From: Pseudovirgaria hyperparasitica
Lineage: Eukaryota
Direction: 5' to 3' (one strand)
Length of the DNA stretch: 64,000 bases
Assembly: GCA_010093815.1 (NCBI GenBank)
Contig: ML996567.1
The translations under genes were made by a program, and so were the position numbers. Positions 1 through 11,709 of the stretch are shown piece after piece. Below the pieces are notes generated by a model. It was not told where the DNA came from. It ran no database searches and saw nothing but the letters and a program-made list of their open reading frames with translations. Every line of letters begins with the position of its first letter. Within the stretch, counting starts at the first letter, position 1.

Positions 1-1499
1 TTACATGGAATACAAACTCGAAGCAAGCGTCCAAGGTACCCGTGCCGTCCGTCCACTGCGTCCTACAAGCTATCGTCGTCGCACCCGATCTAGATGCCTC
101 AGGCCTCCTATAACACACCCACCCATAACCATATCCACATCTCATCCCGACAACCCGTCCCCATCAAGCCATGACTCTACGCGCCGTGGCACAACGCCAC
201 CACCATCCATCCACTAACCCACCTTCCCCAGAATCTAAACACGCCTCATGCATGCGTGCGTGCATGCATGCATATATTTCCTTTTTAGACAACTTAAGCT
301 ACGGTACAAGCATGTACAGTACATTATCACCGGAAAAACGCCCCCGAGAATGGAGAATGCCGAACATCTCCCCGATGCCCCCGATGGTGCAGTGTTATGC
401 ATGCAATGCCATGCCATGCCCTGCCATGTCATGCAGCCCTGGGTAGTGTGCATGCCATAGGTAGTGTGCATGCAATAAGTGTAGATTGCATTGCATTGTA
501 TGTGCATTTGCATGACTCGTGTGTTTGCTCCGGGTGCGGGGGGGGAATTCATGGCGGCGTTGTGTTTTTGTTTGTGAGTGTTATCGGCGGATTGACGAGC
601 CTCGGTTCGGTGGCTATCCATGGGATATTGGCTGGACTGGAATGGGATGGAATGGGGTAGTACAGTATACACATATACATTTACACACAAGTATCCGCCG
701 CACCTCACGAAGCCTCCTCGGAGCAGCAGTAGCAGTAACGACAACAAGTCCGAAACGCGGGGAATCACCTCAATCCATCCAACAATTCCACCCAATCAAT
801 CCATCCAGCTAATTAATCCATAATCCCCGCGACACAAACACACAAACACTAACATACACCCATCCGAGGTTTCCAAATTCCACCTCCCTCCCTCTCTCTC
901 CCTCCCCCGAAAGTCCAGACTCCCATCACACTACCCACCCACCATTCATCCTCCCGCAATCCACACAACCACCACCACCACAACAGCAGTAATTAGCCCC
1001 AGGCCCAGCCCAGCCCAGTCTAGCCGCTGCATCGATCGATCGATAGATCTATAGCACAAGATGTAGTAACACCACATAGTATAGAAAGTTATTTATATCT
1101 CCCTCCTCTCCCTCCCGTCCATGTCCCCCCAACATACGTCATGCCGTCACGTGGCGAGCTGTGTCGGGAGGCTTTATTCTGGATTTTTTCGATGGCGCGG
1201 ATGGGGTTTGCTCCGAGCGGGTGTTGGGTGGGTTGTTCTGGATTTGAGGTTGTGTTGAGGGTGCTAGGGAGAGGGAGAGGGAGGGGGAGGGGGAGGTATG
1301 TGATGTTTTGTGTTGTGCCGCGGTAGGGGGGGGTATTGGGTTTGAGAGAGAGAGGAGGTGGATGAGATGTATTGTAGGACGGACTGCTGTTTTCGTGATG
1401 TTATGTGGTGATTGGGTAGGGGGGGGGTTTGATATACTTCTTCTCCGGGTTCTTTTTTGTTTTCTGTTTTGTCCTCTTCTTTGTCCTATTCTATCTCTA

Positions 1500-2420
1500 T
1501 ATTCTTAAATCATATACCATCTATATAATATATGGAGTGTTCAATATGGTCTTCGATGCTTCGTGTAGTCTATGTAGTCATGTGTCTATATAGACTATGA
1601 TGTTATGTAACCATGTAGAGGGTATAGTAATGTATGTATATGGACCATTTAGTCATGTTACTACATAGATTAATTATAGTGCTTGGGATTGAATACGTAC
1701 CGCTTTTCGCTGGCTAAGTGCAGTTTCAATGAGTGTGAAATAGAACCTAGATATTACCGTATTTAGTTTCTCTTATACGCTAGTAGAGTATCATATACGG
1801 CGTCCTAGTAGTATTCTAGGGATAGCTTTAGTTTTAGCGCGGATTATACCTTATAGAAACTATATATGTTTAGAGGTTTGATGTGGTCTCCTATCAAACT
1901 CACTAGTTCTAAGATGGTATAGTATAGTATAAGTGTACATTACCATGAGTATCTAGTTTACCATGTATGTATATACACACACCTATACACATATAAGAAA
2001 ACCCATAGCCTTTCGACCTACCTATCCCTACGTAACGTACGAAGCTTGTCTACATCTTTAGACCTTACGCGTGAGAGCTGCAATATGGTAGTATATAATA
2101 GGGTGTACTAGACTATATAGGCGAATTATGTACTTACTATATCTATATATCTATCTAGATTTAGATAGTTATAAATAGATAGATAGGTAGTATAGAAAGA
2201 AGTAGCGATTTTCGTCCCTTTTATAGAAGTATAATAGTAAGAACGTATTATAGAGTAGGCGCTTAATCTAGTATAGAGTATATACTTATATATCGTATAG
2301 TCTCTCTATCATCAAAGCTGTGATTTAATAACTACTAGTTTAGATAAAGTATATACGAAGATAGAAGCATAATCTTGACTCTACATGCTAGCGTGGTCTA
2401 GTAAGACTCTAAGCTTACGT
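1500..2420. repeat. AT/TpA-rich relic, probably a RIP-degraded repeat of unidentified family
   Basis: Abrupt switch to TA-rich, CA/TG-poor sequence with no ORFs; no termini or domains recognisable; boundaries approximate. Confidence 0.5.
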
Positions 2421-2472
2421 TGTAAACCTAACATCCTCTGCACTTCCTGCTTAATCGTAATATCCTCCCACG

Positions 2473-3288
2473 ATGCAATCCGCCACCGCAACACCCCCTG
2501 AGCTCTACCACGTATCCCTCAACCCATCCCGTCCCTCCACAATCATCTTCATCCACGGCCTAGGCTCCATGCACGCAGAATGGAAGGACGTCACCCCCCA
2601 CCTCACCGCCTACCACATCCTCATACCCGACATAAACGGCCACGGCAAATCCTCCCATATAAGCCCCTACACCATCCCCGCCGCCGCAGACGCCGTCGCC
2701 CGACTGATCCGCACGCACGCACACGGCAGCACAGCACACGTCGTCGGCCTCTCAATGGGCGGCTTCATCACCCTCGACCTCACTCGCCGATATCCCGAGC
2801 TCGTCCAGAGCGCGTTCATCTCGGGCGCCGCACCCCCCGAAGGCCCGCGCAGGTTCTTCTTTGCCCGTCCGCGCATCACCTGGGCGCTCGACGCTCTGCA
2901 GCTCGCCCTGCCGGAGGCGGTGTACCGGTGGTCGGCGCGGAAACAGGGGCTGCTCCCGCACGAGGAGCTGTATGCGCATGCGCAGGCGAATCGGCGGTGG
3001 GAGGTGTGGCGGGATGTGTTTCTGAGTATCTGCGATGATGTGACGTGGGATGATGTGCGGGCGGTCCGTGTGCGGACGCTGCTTGTTGCGGGCGGGAAGA
3101 TGGATGATGTTGCTGGGATTAGGAGAGTGGGCCGGGCGTTGAGGGAGGCTGGGGCTGGGGAGAGTGGTGCGTATGTGGTTGAGAAGGCTGGGCATGCGTG
3201 GGATTTGCAGTTTCCGGATCTGTTTGCGCAGGCGGTGGGTTCTTGGATTGAGGGCAGGATGTTGCCAGAGGAATTCGAGGCATTGTGA
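2473..3288 (+). CDS. Alpha/beta-fold hydrolase (Abhydrolase_1/6-like), single exon
   Basis: IIFIHGLG oxyanion motif, PDINGHGKS, nucleophile elbow VVGLSMGG (GxSxG), C-terminal catalytic His in AGHAW; 271 aa ORF. Confidence 0.92.
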   Translation: MQSATATPPELYHVSLNPSRPSTIIFIHGLGSMHAEWKDVTPHLTAYHILIPDINGHGKSSHISPYTIPAAADAVARLIRTHAHGSTAHVVGLSMGGFITLDLTRRYPELVQSAFISGAAPPEGPRRFFFARPRITWALDALQLALPEAVYRWSARKQGLLPHEELYAHAQANRRWEVWRDVFLSICDDVTWDDVRAVRVRTLLVAGGKMDDVAGIRRVGRALREAGAGESGAYVVEKAGHAWDLQFPDLFAQAVGSWIEGRMLPEEFEAL

Positions 3289-3425
3289 TGCAGAATCAGT
3301 TGTGATGCGAGACTGGGCGAAAGCAGCTATAACGTAGATCTATACTACAATGCGAAAGCGTCTCACTACATACATTGCGAAAACAAGCGCTGTATCCTTG
3401 TACCTTCCTTCGACCAGGCGATACC

Positions 3426-4200
3426 GCTTCGATCGTCCGGAATGATGGGTCGGCTGTAGAGACTGAGGTGGAAGAAAGATCACCAACGAAATGATCAGAG
3501 CCACTGACAGTATCGTTGGAAAATCCAGGTACACGAGCGGTTTCTTTCGTTGCGAATTGAATCCCTCCAGCAGTTTGCGCTACAGCAACTGCACCGGCAA
3601 GTGTGAGTCCCGTCGCTGCCCACAAGCACAATATGGTCCACTTTCTGTATCTTTCCGTTCGCTGGGGTGATGCGTTTGGACCTTTGCGAATATCCAATTT
3701 CAGGAGTGCCAACGATAGGAGTCCCAGAGAGAAGAGAACCCCAGAAGCGGCGAGTAAGGGAGGAAAGATGTGACCCTGGAGTACCATAGCACATTGAACG
3801 AATTATTCTGCATCATCTGGTAATTCGGCGGAATATTGTCGAAACTTTGACGTCAACGCAGATGCTGTTGTGCTCTGTGATGAGAGGCATATCAAGTTTG
3901 AAGAGACACCACCGCATAGTCCTACCCACCGTTAATAGCCAGAGTAATTTTGAGACCGGAAACAGACATGACCGACCAAATTGGCCATCTCTCAATTCTG
4001 GGAAGCTAGTCGAATTCGTGCCTGGCACGCTGAACTTGACAAGAAAAATGTGCTGTAAACCAGGTAAACATCCCGCCAGGGTGATAGCTTCGTCTCGTTA
4101 GCATATATAGTTTTGCATTAACATTGTGAAGCTAAATGGAAGTATTGTAATCGGAATGATATTGGCATGGGTGAAGGAGCGCCATTTCACATTCTCTGGT
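3426..4200 (-). pseudogene. Degraded multi-exon Fig1/SUR7-PalI-like tetraspan membrane protein gene
   Basis: Minus-strand exon after gctaac...ag reads ITLAGCLPGLQHIFLVKFSVPGTNSTSFPELRDGQFG (resembles LAGC...RxGYFGxC). A downstream ORF has TM segments PLLAASGVLFSLGLLSLALL and WTILCLWAATGLTLAGAVAVAQTAGG. The last TM-like stretch is in another frame and no clean start was found; ends approximate. Confidence 0.5.
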
Positions 4201-5405
4201 GCTTATCAGTCCTGGATTCCTATTGTGTACTCCGGAATCACACACTCCACTTTTCGGCCCATGCCATATTTATTTCCTAGTTAAATTTCAAGGAATGGAG
4301 GCAAAGAACAACTGAGAGTGACTGGCTGAATGAAGCTTCAACTAGGCTGCGTCTTTTTGAAGGGGCTGCAGATGTCCTAGCCGAGAAGAATAGTAAGCAC
4401 AAGAGAGTTACTTGTTTTAGGGATAATTGAGTAGGTGATGAGTCCACCGAGTGAGCGTCTACTGCAGATTTATAGCAATTCCACAGCCGAATCACATGCA
4501 ATATTCCAACAACTTAATGTCTACTTCCAAAAGTTTCTGTATCCCCACTTGTACTATTGTTAGCCTGTTGTTGTTTCGACTCTCATGTGCGCCTTCCGAC
4601 ATCATCGCCTGAATCAGCCATTGTCGATTTTGTTGTACTCGGGTGCCTTGGTTCAAGCTCACAATGATAGCACGTACAGTGGAGCATCGCTTTTCCCGCC
4701 AGGATGTCATAGCCACATCCAATTTCGAGAAGTGTTCATCTTTCGAGAGCGTTACGCTGCGGCTCGGTTTTCAGTGGCCCTGGCAGCCTAGCCGCAGAAT
4801 ACGCTGCACCATGTCCAATTGAATCGCACCACAAAAAAGAAACTGTAACACAGGATTTGGTGTGATGAAGTCGCTAGAATGCTCAAGTGTCATCTCGCAC
4901 CCCTCGACTAGTGCTATGACAGGTGGATACATACTGAGGAATCAACGCTTCAGCGACGATAGTACGGCTCTTACAGCAACTCATCTGATTTTAGCTGACA
5001 GCGCTTTTGCGAACCTCAACATGACTGAAGCTCCCGAAGTATTATGCGCCGTCAGATTCGAAAGGCCACACCCGTGGCGTAACTTCCAGCAAATGGACCT
5101 GTCTGGCGAATCTGCCTTGCTTGGGAGATGTCCAGAGACTGTGCCACTGGTAAGCACTATGCCATATCCAGCGAGGTTGCAAAGATCTACTGAGTGGCAC
5201 GCCGTTCGAGAGTTTGGGAGGAAGATAGAGTGGTAGCTTCTGGCTAGGACAGTCACAGAGCAGTCACGATTCAGATCTCCCACAAAGGACTCCAGCAATC
5301 CGGTTGTCCAGGGACGTAGATTGTGTCAAAATCTGTCCTATAGTGGGAGTTTCGATTAAGAATAGTTCTGGTGTTGTAATTTGCATAGGCGATCACCACT
5401 CGGCC

Positions 5406-5840
5406 CTAGACTTCACCTGCCATCATCTTATCCCAAGCTCGAATGAAGGCCCCAAAAAAAGGACTCTTTTCCCCTGCAGCCCTGAAACCTGGCTCTAATT
5501 CGACGTATGGAAGTGCTGGCTGCCCTGGGGTTTGCCAATTCTCCTCCATCAGTCGTTCGCGCGGCAGCGGCCCTGGTTCGACGTACGGAAATAGGCTCCT
5601 TATGGCGTTTGTCATACCCTCAGGAGTCTCGTGAAATTCCAGCAGAAAATTGCGATGTCCTTTCGTCTCCTCTGCCGGTGTCGTCTCCTCTGCCGGTGTC
5701 GTCTCCTCTGCCGGTGTCGTCTCCTCTGCCGGTGTCGTCTCCTCTGCTGGTGCCGTTTCGTATGCCACTGTTGTCTCCTCTACTGTCGGCGTCTTGCCTT
5801 CCTCCTCCACAGTGCCATCATGTTCTGTGCCGTTTGTCAT
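5406..5840 (-). CDS. Small acidic hypothetical protein with PAEETT tandem repeats
   Basis: ATG-initiated 144 aa ORF with in-frame 18-bp repeats; no recognisable domain. Confidence 0.55.
   Translation of the reverse strand: MTNGTEHDGTVEEEGKTPTVEETTVAYETAPAEETTPAEETTPAEETTPAEETTPAEETKGHRNFLLEFHETPEGMTNAIRSLFPYVEPGPLPRERLMEENWQTPGQPALPYVELEPGFRAAGEKSPFFGAFIRAWDKMMAGEV
5663..5752. repeat. 18-bp tandem repeat (tcgtctcctctgccggtg), 5 copies
   Basis: Four perfect copies and one with a single mismatch; encodes (PAEETT)n on the minus strand. Confidence 0.95.
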
Positions 5841-6072
5841 AGTGAATATCTGTGCGTGCGGGCATTAGCCCTAGATCCAAAGAGAAGTGAACATAGGATA
5901 TTTACTTCGACGATGGAGCTAAGAAATAGTGATGCGTATCAGGATGGAGATGCAATGTCACAGACTTCTATGTAATCAGGGTAGGGTTCTAGCACGCGGC
6001 GCAGTTACAGAATTGTGGGATTTCTATTAGGTCATCCTCATTACTTAGATCTTATTTAGTACTAGGTTAGTA

Positions 6073-9000
6073 TAATAATAATAATAATATTATATAACTA
6101 GGTAGAGTAGTACTCTATAGACCTATGCCTCCTCTAGTCTAAGCTACTATATAAGAAGAAACCCTATAGGGAAAAACTTCCTTATATCTATAACTATATC
6201 TCGTTAAACCTCTATTTCGTCTTAAGTATATAGCTATAGGGTACGCCTATTAGTCTATAGCCTATATTACTATTATTTTACCCTTAGGTAGTACGTGTAG
6301 GTACGGAGGTTATTAGTTAAGGGCTGCCCTTAACTAATAATCGGGGTTCTCCCGGGGTTCTTCCGGTATATATTAGGTTACTACCGGCGTATGCCGGGTC
6401 TCTTCCGGTATATATTTCTAGGTCCACTAGTACTAGAGGAGTAGTAGATATATAAGCATCTATTAGGAGACGTCCTTAGGGTACTTATTAAGCTATTATA
6501 TAATATCTAAAGTCTTCGTAACGTGGATAAGCTATTACCGTTATATATAGAGGTTAGGGTATATAGCTAGATAGTAGCGTATTATACCTCTCCGGCCGTA
6601 CGCCTTATACTATAGAGAGGTATTAGGAACGCCTCTCTTATAGATATAGTATAGGAGTCCCATGGCGCCTATTCGGGCTTAGATAAGTATAGATACTTAG
6701 GCTTTCGTTAGCCCTTTATATATCTATTTACTCGGTTCCTTCTATAGCCCTTAAATCTACTCTAGGTATCTATTCTACTAGGAGGTCTAGTAGGTATAGA
6801 GTGCCTCTTTCTACTTATCTTAAGTCTATAACTATATATTTTTTATAAGTTCTTAAAGGCTCTACTAGTCTAGGAGAGCGTCCGGGTTATCTCGGACTTC
6901 TTATACTACTTAGCTAGAGTCGGCTTCTATTAAGTACCTATACCGTATTCGATTCCGGCCTATATATAGGAGTGCGCGGTAATATATACTAATTTATACA
7001 CGTAGCGCGGCGAAAGTGTATTCTGCGTTTCCTATGCGTTTCTATACTTATTATTTAGTAAAGTATACCACCCTCTATATCTAGTAGAAGTTATATATAC
7101 TTATAATGTCTATCTCGTATCGTAGTAGTACCGTATTAGTAGCTTTATATACGTCTAATATAAGACGGAGTATACGGTTCTATATGGATTTAAGCTTTAT
7201 TCGCCTAGTCTATATAAGGGCTATATACTAGTACTTGTGTCCGTACGTAAAGGCGGGTCGTACTATAGATATATATAGCTAGCGTGCCTTATCCTAGGCG
7301 GTTCCCTACGTAGAGGCTATAATCCGTTATATAGCGGCTTCTATCTAGAGAGCCCTAGAGACGGCGTATACTACTTATAGTCCCTATTTAAGCTTACTAT
7401 CTAGTATGACTCCGAGCGTATATATGCTTTATACTAGTAGTTCGTTAAATACGTCGATTCGGGGGCGTTATTCGCCTTCCCTAGTTACCTATTTCCCTTA
7501 ACGATTAATAAAGTGTATAAGCTAGTATTTCTCTAGGGCGAACTTTGCTCTATAGCGTTTTACCTACTAGAGGCACCTCTTATAGTTCTATTCTAGTCGT
7601 CTATACGTTCGGTTGGTATTATTATTAATAGCTAGGAGGTATATATTATTAGCGTATCCGACTACCTCTATATACTTTATTCCTTAAAGAAGGTCTACTA
7701 TAAAGAAGAGAAATAGGATCGGAGAGATAGTGCTCCCTTATAGGATGCCGTATACTATCTCTTTATATTCGCTCTAGTACCTAGGAATATATATCTAAGT
7801 TATTCTTCTTATAAGGAATAACTATATAAAGCGTATAATCTATTCTAGTATTCGTCTTATCCGGAGGTTATAAATAAGTCTTATATAGTTTATCTTATTA
7901 AATGCTCCGGCTATATCAAGGGAGAGAAGCGATACTACCTGTCCCTATTTCTATGCGGCCTAGACGACTTTAATAATATATTAGATAGCTATTATTAGAG
8001 AGCTATCTACCTTTACCTTCTAGTTCGGAGAGAGGAGATTATATTTCTATACTATAGTACTTATCTTCTTCGCTATCATAGTCTCTAGTATCTTACCTAG
8101 ATAGAAGAGAAGGGCGATTAGTCTCTATCCCTTTAGGGAGTTAGAGCTCTTTTCTAGTTTCGGGAGTATAATAGTATAGGCGACTTAGAAGCTCTAGGGG
8201 TGGTACCCCTACGTGATATATACTTAGAATATACGAGTAATAAGCGGTAGGGTCGCTTTTATAGTACTTTTTAGGTATTAATTTAGAATTCCATCTAGTC
8301 CGGGTACTTTATCATTTAGAAGTATCTTAATAATATTAAGTATATCCTCCTCCGTAACTTCTTCGGGGATATCTACCGTGTATAGATATTTAGCGCCGTG
8401 AACGTCTAATAGATCTACTAGTTCCGGGAGAGGGAATATAGCCTCCTATAGAGCCTTAGTTTTCTTAAGGCCTATGGAGTATATTCTCCCCTAATATATT
8501 AGGGGAGGTATAAGTGGCGGGGGTATCGGAGTATCTACGCCCTTAGCCTATTTCGCCATGCGCTATAGCCCTATTACGTATTATATCTATTAACTAGTAA
8601 TTATACGCTACTATTTACGCCTTTTATTACGGAGAACTTTATCGCGTTATTATATCGCTTCCTTCTATTCTTCCTACGACTCGGGTGTTCTCGTATAGTA
8701 TACGCGTCTATATAGTCTTCGGGCGTCTTATCTACTTTCCCGTACTTAAGGAATCCCCTTTACTTTCGGGGGCTAGTATATTTAGTATAGTACGTGTTTA
8801 TTTCTCGCATTCTAGTATGTTTATAGGAGTGTCTATACGGCCTGGTCTATAGCTAGGTTATTAGATATATTAACTATAGAGGGATCTAGGATCGCCGATT
8901 CTAGGTCCTTTAGGTACTTTTCCTAGTCGGTATCCTTCTATATCTATCGTCCCCGTTGTTTATTCGGGGTATATATGTTTATTACGGTTTCCATGTATTC

Positions 9001-10982
9001 GTAGTCGGAATCCGTCTATACCTAGCCTAGGCGGTAGTATTAGATCCGGTAACTAATATGCTCCGTAGCGAAGGTAAGGTTAAGCGTAGACCCGTCTTCG
9101 TCCTATTTATATTTTTTCTATATAACTTATTCTATAGGTATAAGTAGGTATAGGAAGTCGTGGTAGTAGGTGCGTAGTTCCCTTACTCTAAGTTCTTCCC
9201 TAACTACGGCTAGGCCTCCCTACTATTAGTGGTAGAGGTTAAAGTCTCCTAGAAGGATATATTACCCTAGTTCCGTGGTACCCTTAAGTATCTCGTCTAG
9301 TATAAGTACACGTTATTAGTTATATATGTTATATATATATAGGGGGCCTATATCTATTTATAGATATAGTATTATTCTAAGGTTATCGCGCTTGGTATAC
9401 GACTATAATAAGAGTAGTATTAACCTATGAATGTGGAAGAGGACTCGTCTTTCTAGTCCTAGAGGGTATATAGTATAGTATCCGGGGTGTATGGTTGGTT
9501 TACTCGTCTAGTAGTATTTATAGAGTTCCTAGATAGCGAGTATTATAGCCCCGGTCTCTTCGAGGAGCGTCGCCTAGTTCTCTCTTTTATATTATATATT
9601 TACCTATATAATTCGGAGTATATTCTAGTCCCTTATTAGGTACTAGAGAGTATATATATCTATATACTTATTTCTTAGAGGCGCGACTATCCTCGCGCGG
9701 TAGCGGCTTTAACTATGCCTTTTAGTCATTCTATCGCCTTCGGAATAGTCTACTATCCCGTCTAACTACCTTCCGGAGGGGAGGTTAGGGGTGTTATAAA
9801 GGAAGGGCTCGTGGTAGGTATTATATTCTATAACTATCTCGTGCCTCTCGCTTTTATCATGCGAATATATTCTATAACCTATTTACGTTTTATGCACGTT
9901 AACGACCACGACGGGTGTTTCCCGTCGTAGTTTAAATACTATACTATATCCCTGTTTCTTGGTCCGTCTCCTCGCGGTTTATAAGGGCACTCCTAGGTAG
10001 TATAGTCCCTACGGTACTATCCGCACTTAGTCTTCTATAAGTACCTTTATATAGTATATCCATACCCTTAATAGTTAAAGCACTATATTATTACCTATGC
10101 TCTATCCTATAGCTCGGCCATAAGGAGCTCTCCTTCTATTAGGAATCCCTTCTATATAATACGTTATACGAGGGCGGGGTCTCGGAGCTCCATAATTATA
10201 GTAGAGTATTTTTTCGCCGTCGTCTTAATCGCCTATGGGTTCTTCTACCACGCTTTCACGATCTTAATCCCTAGGTATTTTCGCGTGTTGGATTATTCCA
10301 TGCGCGTAATATCCTCCGCTCCGATAGCCTATCCCTACACGGGTACTATATATACTATAATTAGATATATGGCTGCCCTAATAGACGCGCCGGGGAAGAT
10401 ACTACCTATCACGTTCGGATCTCGCGAGATGTTTTACTACGCGGTATTCGTTATAGTAGTAAGTACTACCCCACCTAGCGTAACTTTAGTAGCCACGACG
10501 CTTAACTATATTCCTTTCTATTTATTAATCTTATTTATAATTTCCTTTAGGGATACCTATTAGACCTACGCCAGCGTGTCCTTATTCTAGATTACGACAT
10601 GTATACTATATACTCTATCTATAGTTCTAGTAGTCCTTAGTACGGTAGCTCCGGGTGTTACTATAATCTAAGCCTACGTGTTAGGGCGCTTACCTTAGAA
10701 TAGCTCTTTCTAGATTCTCCGTAGGCTAGCTTCTATTTGGTCGAGTCTACTACTAGGTTCCTCTTATAGCGACTTCCTTTCTTTCTCTATAATTCCTCTT
10801 AGGTTCCGGATAAGGTCCCGGAATATATAAAGGAGGGTCTTCTTTCTCTTCTCGGCGTCCCTCTCTACACGTATTACCTAGTATTTAATTTTATCTAGGA
10901 GGGTCTCCCCTCTCGGGGTCCCCTCGGTCTAGGTTATCTATAGCGCTTCGTATCCTTAGTTAGTTCCTGTATTTTAGATAGG
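6073..10982 (-). mobile_element. Tad-like LINE copy 1, RIP-inactivated, 5'-truncated at an LTR insertion
   Basis: (TAA)n tail at 6073-6089. De-RIPped minus-strand motifs: ORF2 CCHC near 6560-6620, RT YA[D][D] near 7650, endonuclease GDFN near 9245 and IQEP near 9530, ORF1 zinc knuckles at 9880-10090. Collinear with 30476-35784. Confidence 0.9.
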
Positions 10983-11222
10983 TATAAGGATTGTAGACGT
11001 AGAATAGTAGTCTAACAGGTCATAGAAGGATTCGGGAATATATTTAAAAGGGTAGTCTACTCTTCTAACGAGGTTAATTTCTAAAGAGTAGGAATTAAGT
11101 ATATACGGCCTACTTATATAGTAGTCTCGCTTATTCTAGCTAACTTACCCTAGGTCCACCTATCATGGACCGTACTAGACCATAGTATTCTAGTTAAGTC
11201 CGTCCTAGTATCAGCCCTAATA
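10983..11222 (-). repeat. 240-bp LTR, type 1 (3' LTR of element 1)
   Basis: Reverse complement of the LTRs at 37270-37509 and 45041-45280; adjacent polypurine tract (atatccttcttctttt on + strand). Confidence 0.92.
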
Positions 11223-11709
11223 ATATCCTTCTTCTTTTTATACTTCGCCCCGAAGTACTTAGCTATATATAAATCCGTAATTCCATAAGCGTTATATTTA
11301 TACGCGCATCTAATTAAATCTATATAACGTTATTAATAGTCTTTATATTAGTAAACTTAAGCTCTAGTTCACTTTTATTTATATACGCGCTCATCCCTTA
11401 CTTTATAGCTACTGCCTTAGAGGTAGCTCCGCGGGTCATGTAACCGCTATATTAACTAAGCTTATATTTAGTTCTCTTATTCTAAATTTTCTTCTCTAGT
11501 ATATCTACCTTACTCTTAAGGTAAGTCGTTAATTCGTATACTATCTCCTTTAGTTTAGATCCGTTCGGGTCTAGAGTAGTCTATTTTCGTTAGAGCTAGT
11601 CCTATATAATCTATTCGCGTTATTATAGTTACTAATTTAGCTTCTTTAATCGCCTTTAAGGCTAAACGAGTATTCTACTCTTAGATCTCTAGCTAACGTA
11701 TGTATATAG

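Noticed and set aside
1..1508. Short overlapping ORFs in the ORF track
   Set aside because: Low-complexity (catg, C-rich and G-rich tracts) intergenic or UTR-like DNA with no domain-like content; the first ~100 bp could be a gene end but cannot be assigned
2030..2421. Possible acgt-ended terminal inverted repeats of a Fot1/pogo MITE
   Set aside because: Only a few bases match (acgt..aagctt) and there is no TA duplication on both sides
5663..5752. CRISPR-like array
   Set aside because: Contiguous 18-bp tandem units without spacers, in a eukaryotic coding frame
6073..6089. (TAA)n run as a telomeric or satellite repeat
   Set aside because: It is the LINE 3' tail; the same tail occurs at 30471-30490 next to a TSD
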